Below, piece by piece: positions 60,633-64,000 of a DNA stretch of 64,000 bases. The translations under genes were made by a program, and so were the position numbers. The stretch covers positions 13,753-77,752 of the forward strand of contig CAWJBB010000031.1 of the NCBI GenBank assembly GCA_963840855.1. Direction: 5' to 3'. The number at the start of each line of letters is the position of its first letter. Position 1 is the first letter of the stretch. Under the pieces are notes generated by a model. It was given only the letters and a program-made list of their open reading frames with translations. It ran no database searches and was not told the origin of the DNA. The stretch comes from an uncultured delta proteobacterium. GTDB taxonomy: Bacteria; Desulfobacterota; Binatia; UBA9968.

Positions 60633-61994
60633 TCAGAAAAGCATCTTCCAACATTCCGCCAGAGAGCTCACGCCGATGAGCGCAGGCTCCTTGATATGCT
60701 TGAGCTGGGCACTGTTGCTGGCGGGTAGGATGCAGCGCTCGAAGCCGAGCTTGCCCGCCTCTTTGACCCGCGCCTCGGCTTGAGCGATGCCGCGAATTTC
60801 TCCCGCCAGACCTACCTCGCCAAAAAAAACCGTTTTTGCATCGAGCTCGCTATCGCGCGCGCTCGACGCGATGGCCGCGACAATGCCGAGATCGACCGCC
60901 GGCTCGTCGACGTGAACGCCGCCGGCAACGTTGACGAAAATATCCTGATCGAACAGTTTGGCGCCCATCTTCTTTTCCAATACCGCGACCAGCAAGGCGA
61001 CGCGGTTATGATCGACGCCGATGGTGGTGCGCCGCGGCACGGCTAAGTAAGAGCGGCTCACCAGCGCCTGCAGCTCAACTAGAATCGGTCTGGTCCCTTC
61101 CATGCTGCAAACCACGGCGGAGCCGGCGACTTTTAGCGGCCGTTCCATCAGGAAAATCTCCGAGGGGTTCGTCACCTCTTTCAGCCCGGCCTCTTTCATT
61201 TCGAAAACGCCGATTTCATTGGTCGAGCCGAAGCGATTCTTGACCGCGCGCAGGATGCGAAAACTATGGCCCCGCTCGCCTTCAAAATAAAGAACGGTAT
61301 CCACCATATGTTCAAGCAACCGTGGCCCGGCGATGGCGCCGTCTTTTGTCACATGGCCGATCAAGAAGGTCGTAAGCCCGGTTTTTTTCGCCAGCACGAT
61401 GATCGAGCCGGAGGCTTCTCGCACTTGGGCGATGCTGCCGGGCGCGGAAGGGATGCTCGATGAAAACATTGTTTGCACGGAGTCGATCACCAGCAGGCCC
61501 GGTTTGATTTTCTTGATGTGATCGAGGATGCGCTCTAGGGAAGTCTCGCTCAAGACGAGCAAATTCGGCGCTTCGACGCCGAGCCGCTCCGCGCGCATTT
61601 TGATCTGGCGCTGCGATTCTTCGCCGGAAACGTAGAGGCAGGTGACGCCTTTTTGGCTAATCGCGGCGAAGGCTTGCAAGAGCAGAGTCGATTTGCCGAT
61701 GCCGGGATCGCCGCCGATGAGAATGACCGAGCCACGCACCAAGCCGCCGCCGAGGACAAGGTCGAACTCGCCGATGCCGGAAAGAACGCGGCCCTCTTCG
61801 GCGGTGCTGATCTCGTGGATGGGGGCGGGATCTTCTTTCGATCCCAGACTCAGCTCGCCGCGCGCGGTGGAGGCTTTTTCAAATTTTTCTTCGGCAAAAC
61901 TATTCCACTGGTTACAGTCGGGGCACTTGCCCAACCACTTGGGCGACTGATAACCGCAGCTCTGGCAGGCGAAGATAGTTTTGGGTTTAGCCAT
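60633..61994 (-). CDS. radA: DNA repair protein RadA/Sms
   Basis: CxxC...CxxC zinc finger, GDPGIGKST, KNRFG, Lon-like C-terminus. Confidence 0.98.
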   Translation of the reverse strand: MAKPKTIFACQSCGYQSPKWLGKCPDCNQWNSFAEEKFEKASTARGELSLGSKEDPAPIHEISTAEEGRVLSGIGEFDLVLGGGLVRGSVILIGGDPGIGKSTLLLQAFAAISQKGVTCLYVSGEESQRQIKMRAERLGVEAPNLLVLSETSLERILDHIKKIKPGLLVIDSVQTMFSSSIPSAPGSIAQVREASGSIIVLAKKTGLTTFLIGHVTKDGAIAGPRLLEHMVDTVLYFEGERGHSFRILRAVKNRFGSTNEIGVFEMKEAGLKEVTNPSEIFLMERPLKVAGSAVVCSMEGTRPILVELQALVSRSYLAVPRRTTIGVDHNRVALLVAVLEKKMGAKLFDQDIFVNVAGGVHVDEPAVDLGIVAAIASSARDSELDAKTVFFGEVGLAGEIRGIAQAEARVKEAGKLGFERCILPASNSAQLKHIKEPALIGVSSLAECWKMLF

Positions 61995-62116
61995 GAAACT
62001 CTCTTATATCACCCTCTCGGGTGAGACTGAAAATTTTTCGGGCTCGGTTTTAACCAGCCACTTAAACAATTGGCGGTCAGTCTCAGAAGTGTTGCACGTT
62101 GACGGTCGGGTTTCGA

Positions 62117-62752
62117 TTAAAAACTATACGAGAGCAAACCGCCTTCCTGTTCCACGGTCACTGGTTTGAGTCCCAACTTAACGAGGTTTTGGTTGGCCTC
62201 ATTGGCTATCGTGTAGACGGGCTTTTCCCAAGCGATGAGCTCGCGGCAAAGATACTCGGTCTTGCTACCAGGGGCGGCAAAAGGAATAAAGATTTTCTCC
62301 GCCAGCGCCGCCACGTAGCGATTGCGCCTCGTTGCCATTTCAACGTCGGAGCGATGACGGTGACTGCGAAAAAAAGAAAGAAACAGCAACCGCCCTTTTT
62401 CGAGAGGTTCCTTGTGCTCAGGCCGAATGCGCAACCTGACGAGGCTGCGGGCAGGGAAAAGGATGATCGGCTGGCCTCCGCGCAGGAGAATGCTCAGACA
62501 CTCCCGTTCCACCGGCGAGTGAAAGCCGCCGATGACGGTAACTCGTGCATCCACAAGTTTTTGGATGAGATCGTAGGTTTGCGAGATAACTTCCGCAGGG
62601 CAACTAGCTGAACAGAAGATTGCCAACTTGTGTTGATTGAGAATTGCCAGGTTCCCTATTGCCGTGACAGAGTCGGGCGCATCGTTTGCCAGGTGGTGAA
62701 TCAAAGAATTCGGATACTCCGGATCGTTTTTGTCAATGCGCTTGATATCCAC
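62117..62752 (-). CDS. DprA/Smf-like Rossmann (SLOG) protein, accessory type
   Basis: AIGNLAIL, FCSASCP, GGFHSPVEREC, RNRYVAALA. Confidence 0.8.
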   Translation of the reverse strand: MDIKRIDKNDPEYPNSLIHHLANDAPDSVTAIGNLAILNQHKLAIFCSASCPAEVISQTYDLIQKLVDARVTVIGGFHSPVERECLSILLRGGQPIILFPARSLVRLRIRPEHKEPLEKGRLLFLSFFRSHRHRSDVEMATRRNRYVAALAEKIFIPFAAPGSKTEYLCRELIAWEKPVYTIANEANQNLVKLGLKPVTVEQEGGLLSYSF

Positions 62753-62819
62753 AGGGGTGAGTGAAAAATCCGTTCGGACTCTTATTTCCGGTATCTTTTT
62801 ATAGCGCGCCTACCCCGGT

Positions 62820-63043
62820 TCATTCCCAAGGCATGTCGAACCAGTGGATGAACTCTTCGTAGCTGTCCTCGGCCAGGCTATACTTGTCGCCACGGGCATT
62901 GGTGCGTTCAAATCGCACCTTGGCATCTTTGAACAATTGAACTACCGTGTCATGGATCAAGTCCTTAACCTCGCTCGGGTCGCTCACGGCTTCCATTTCA
63001 ATCCGATGCTCGCGGGCTTTGTTTTCCTTCAGGCGGGCCATCG
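62820..63043 (-). pseudogene. Short, probably chimeric remnant ORF
   Basis: MARLKENKAREHRIEME joined to ...EEFIHWFDMPWE; overlaps the truncated DprA-like copy. Confidence 0.35.
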
Positions 63044-63298
63044 TAGCAGAATCCGTAAGCATTCCTTTTCGACCGGAGAGTGAAAACCGCTGACCACTAT
63101 CACGCCGTCATCGCGTAGCTTCCGGGCAGAGTCGTCGGCACCGAGGATGGCATCACCAGGACAAGAAACCGAGCAGAATAGTTCAACTTTCTGTTTGGCA
63201 AGAATATCCGTGTTTCCAATGGCCCAGAGGCAAGACGGACCAACATTTCCCAATCTGCCAGCAAGTTGCTTAGGCCAGGCAGCTTGCGACGGCGTCAA
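63029..63298 (-). pseudogene. Truncated second DprA-like gene
   Basis: WAIGNTDIL, FCSVSCP, SGFHSPVEKECLRILLR then stop; paralog of 62117-62752. Confidence 0.75.
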
Positions 63299-63324
63299 TG
63301 TGAAGATTTGAATCGAAGAGCCCC

Positions 63325-63513
63325 CTAATTTTCACCCGCGCCAGTTTTAATTCCACTTCCAACGCCCGACGGTGCTTTTCTTATCGGAAGCGCTTGCCCC
63401 TCGATCAACTTGAGATGTTTTGCCAGAGACCGACGGCTGCTCTTTCGCTGCTTTTGACTTTCTCGACGGACTTGGTGGAGCCAGTCCATCCAGTCCTTTC
63501 CTTTAATCTTCAT
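63325..63513 (-). CDS. Small putative antitoxin following a PIN-toxin C-terminal remnant
   Basis: GGAGG SD; overlapping upstream frame AVNILQGYSTSLSIRQPEEVITYED* resembles a PIN-domain C-terminus. Confidence 0.5.
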   Translation of the reverse strand: MKIKGKDWMDWLHQVRRESQKQRKSSRRSLAKHLKLIEGQALPIRKAPSGVGSGIKTGAGEN

Positions 63514-63644
63514 ACGTAATCACCTCCTCGGGTTGGCGGATCGAGAGACTTGTACTGTATCCCTGCAGAATATTTACGGCAAGGAAGATGATTTCGCTCG
63601 AAAACTCCTAATGGAAACCGTCGCCTTTTTAATTATTTTTCGTT

Positions 63645-63800
63645 TTATCCGTTGCGGTCCATCTGGTATTTGATGTCGTAGTTGCCTGCCCTGAGGTTAG
63701 TCGAAGGGATGAGGTCCAACTCCTCATCCGTGAATCCGTAATGCGCCGCCAGCATCCGGTCGATTTCGTTGAGGATGGGCTTGGACGGGCTTGGGTCGAA
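63645..63800 (-). pseudogene. C-terminal remnant of a restriction-modification (type IIG-like) methyltransferase
   Basis: SKPILNEIDRMLAAHYGFTDEELDLI...NYDIKY. Confidence 0.65.
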
Positions 63801-63848
63801 ACTCTTACGCTGAAAAAAGACTCCCGACCCCTTTATCTCCCCCAAAGT

Positions 63849-64000
63849 TTATCTCATTCGATCATGGCACCAATAAATATCTCGCGCCTTTGACTTCAAT
63901 TCCTCCGCGCGACTCCGCCAATCAGGCAATGACCGATCTAGAATCCGCCAGAATTCGGGCGCGTGGTGCGGTTCTCGAAGGTGAGCCAACTCGTGGACGA
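63849..64000 (-). CDS. YgjP/DUF45 (M48-like) zinc metallopeptidase, C-terminal part
   Basis: Hand translation VHELAHLREPHHAPEFWRILDRSLPDW (HExxH); typical neighbour of type I RM loci. Confidence 0.8.
   Translation of the reverse strand, partial: VHELAHLREPHHAPEFWRILDRSLPDWRSRAEELKSKARDIYWCHDRMR

Overview
This is a moderately GC-rich bacterial window. Its gene content resembles Deltaproteobacteria-like lineages such as Ca. Binatia (inference). 1-35.5 kb is mostly core and metabolic genes: bamD, futalosine-type ubiA/ubiD, dinB, an MFS transporter, clpB, a giant coiled-coil plus KaiC-like ATPase pair, hisC, recD2, amidohydrolases, a cofG-cofD-cofC-cofE-npdG F420 cluster without cofH, and an ECF sigma/anti-sigma operon. 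35.7-41.6 kb is an accessory block (DUF899, HTH, beta-propeller, AhpD-like protein plus cyclase). 41.7-60.5 kb is an ~18.8 kb integrative island at tRNA-Leu(CAA) in the rare reversed geometry. The duplicated 43 bp is the 5' half of the tRNA, so the intact tRNA now lies just behind the integrase gene, while its native upstream region is stranded at the far end. The island carries a catalytically atypical tyrosine integrase, a cryptic tRNA-Phe 3' fragment, a truncated IS fused to a DrmD-like SNF2 relic, and a surface-glycan locus. radA and a decayed defence mosaic follow. Intergenic regions outside the island carry eight foldback arrays of GTTCAA-based 7- or 9-mers and several other REP/MITE-like elements. 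All protein calls come from motifs recognised by eye; no database searches were run.
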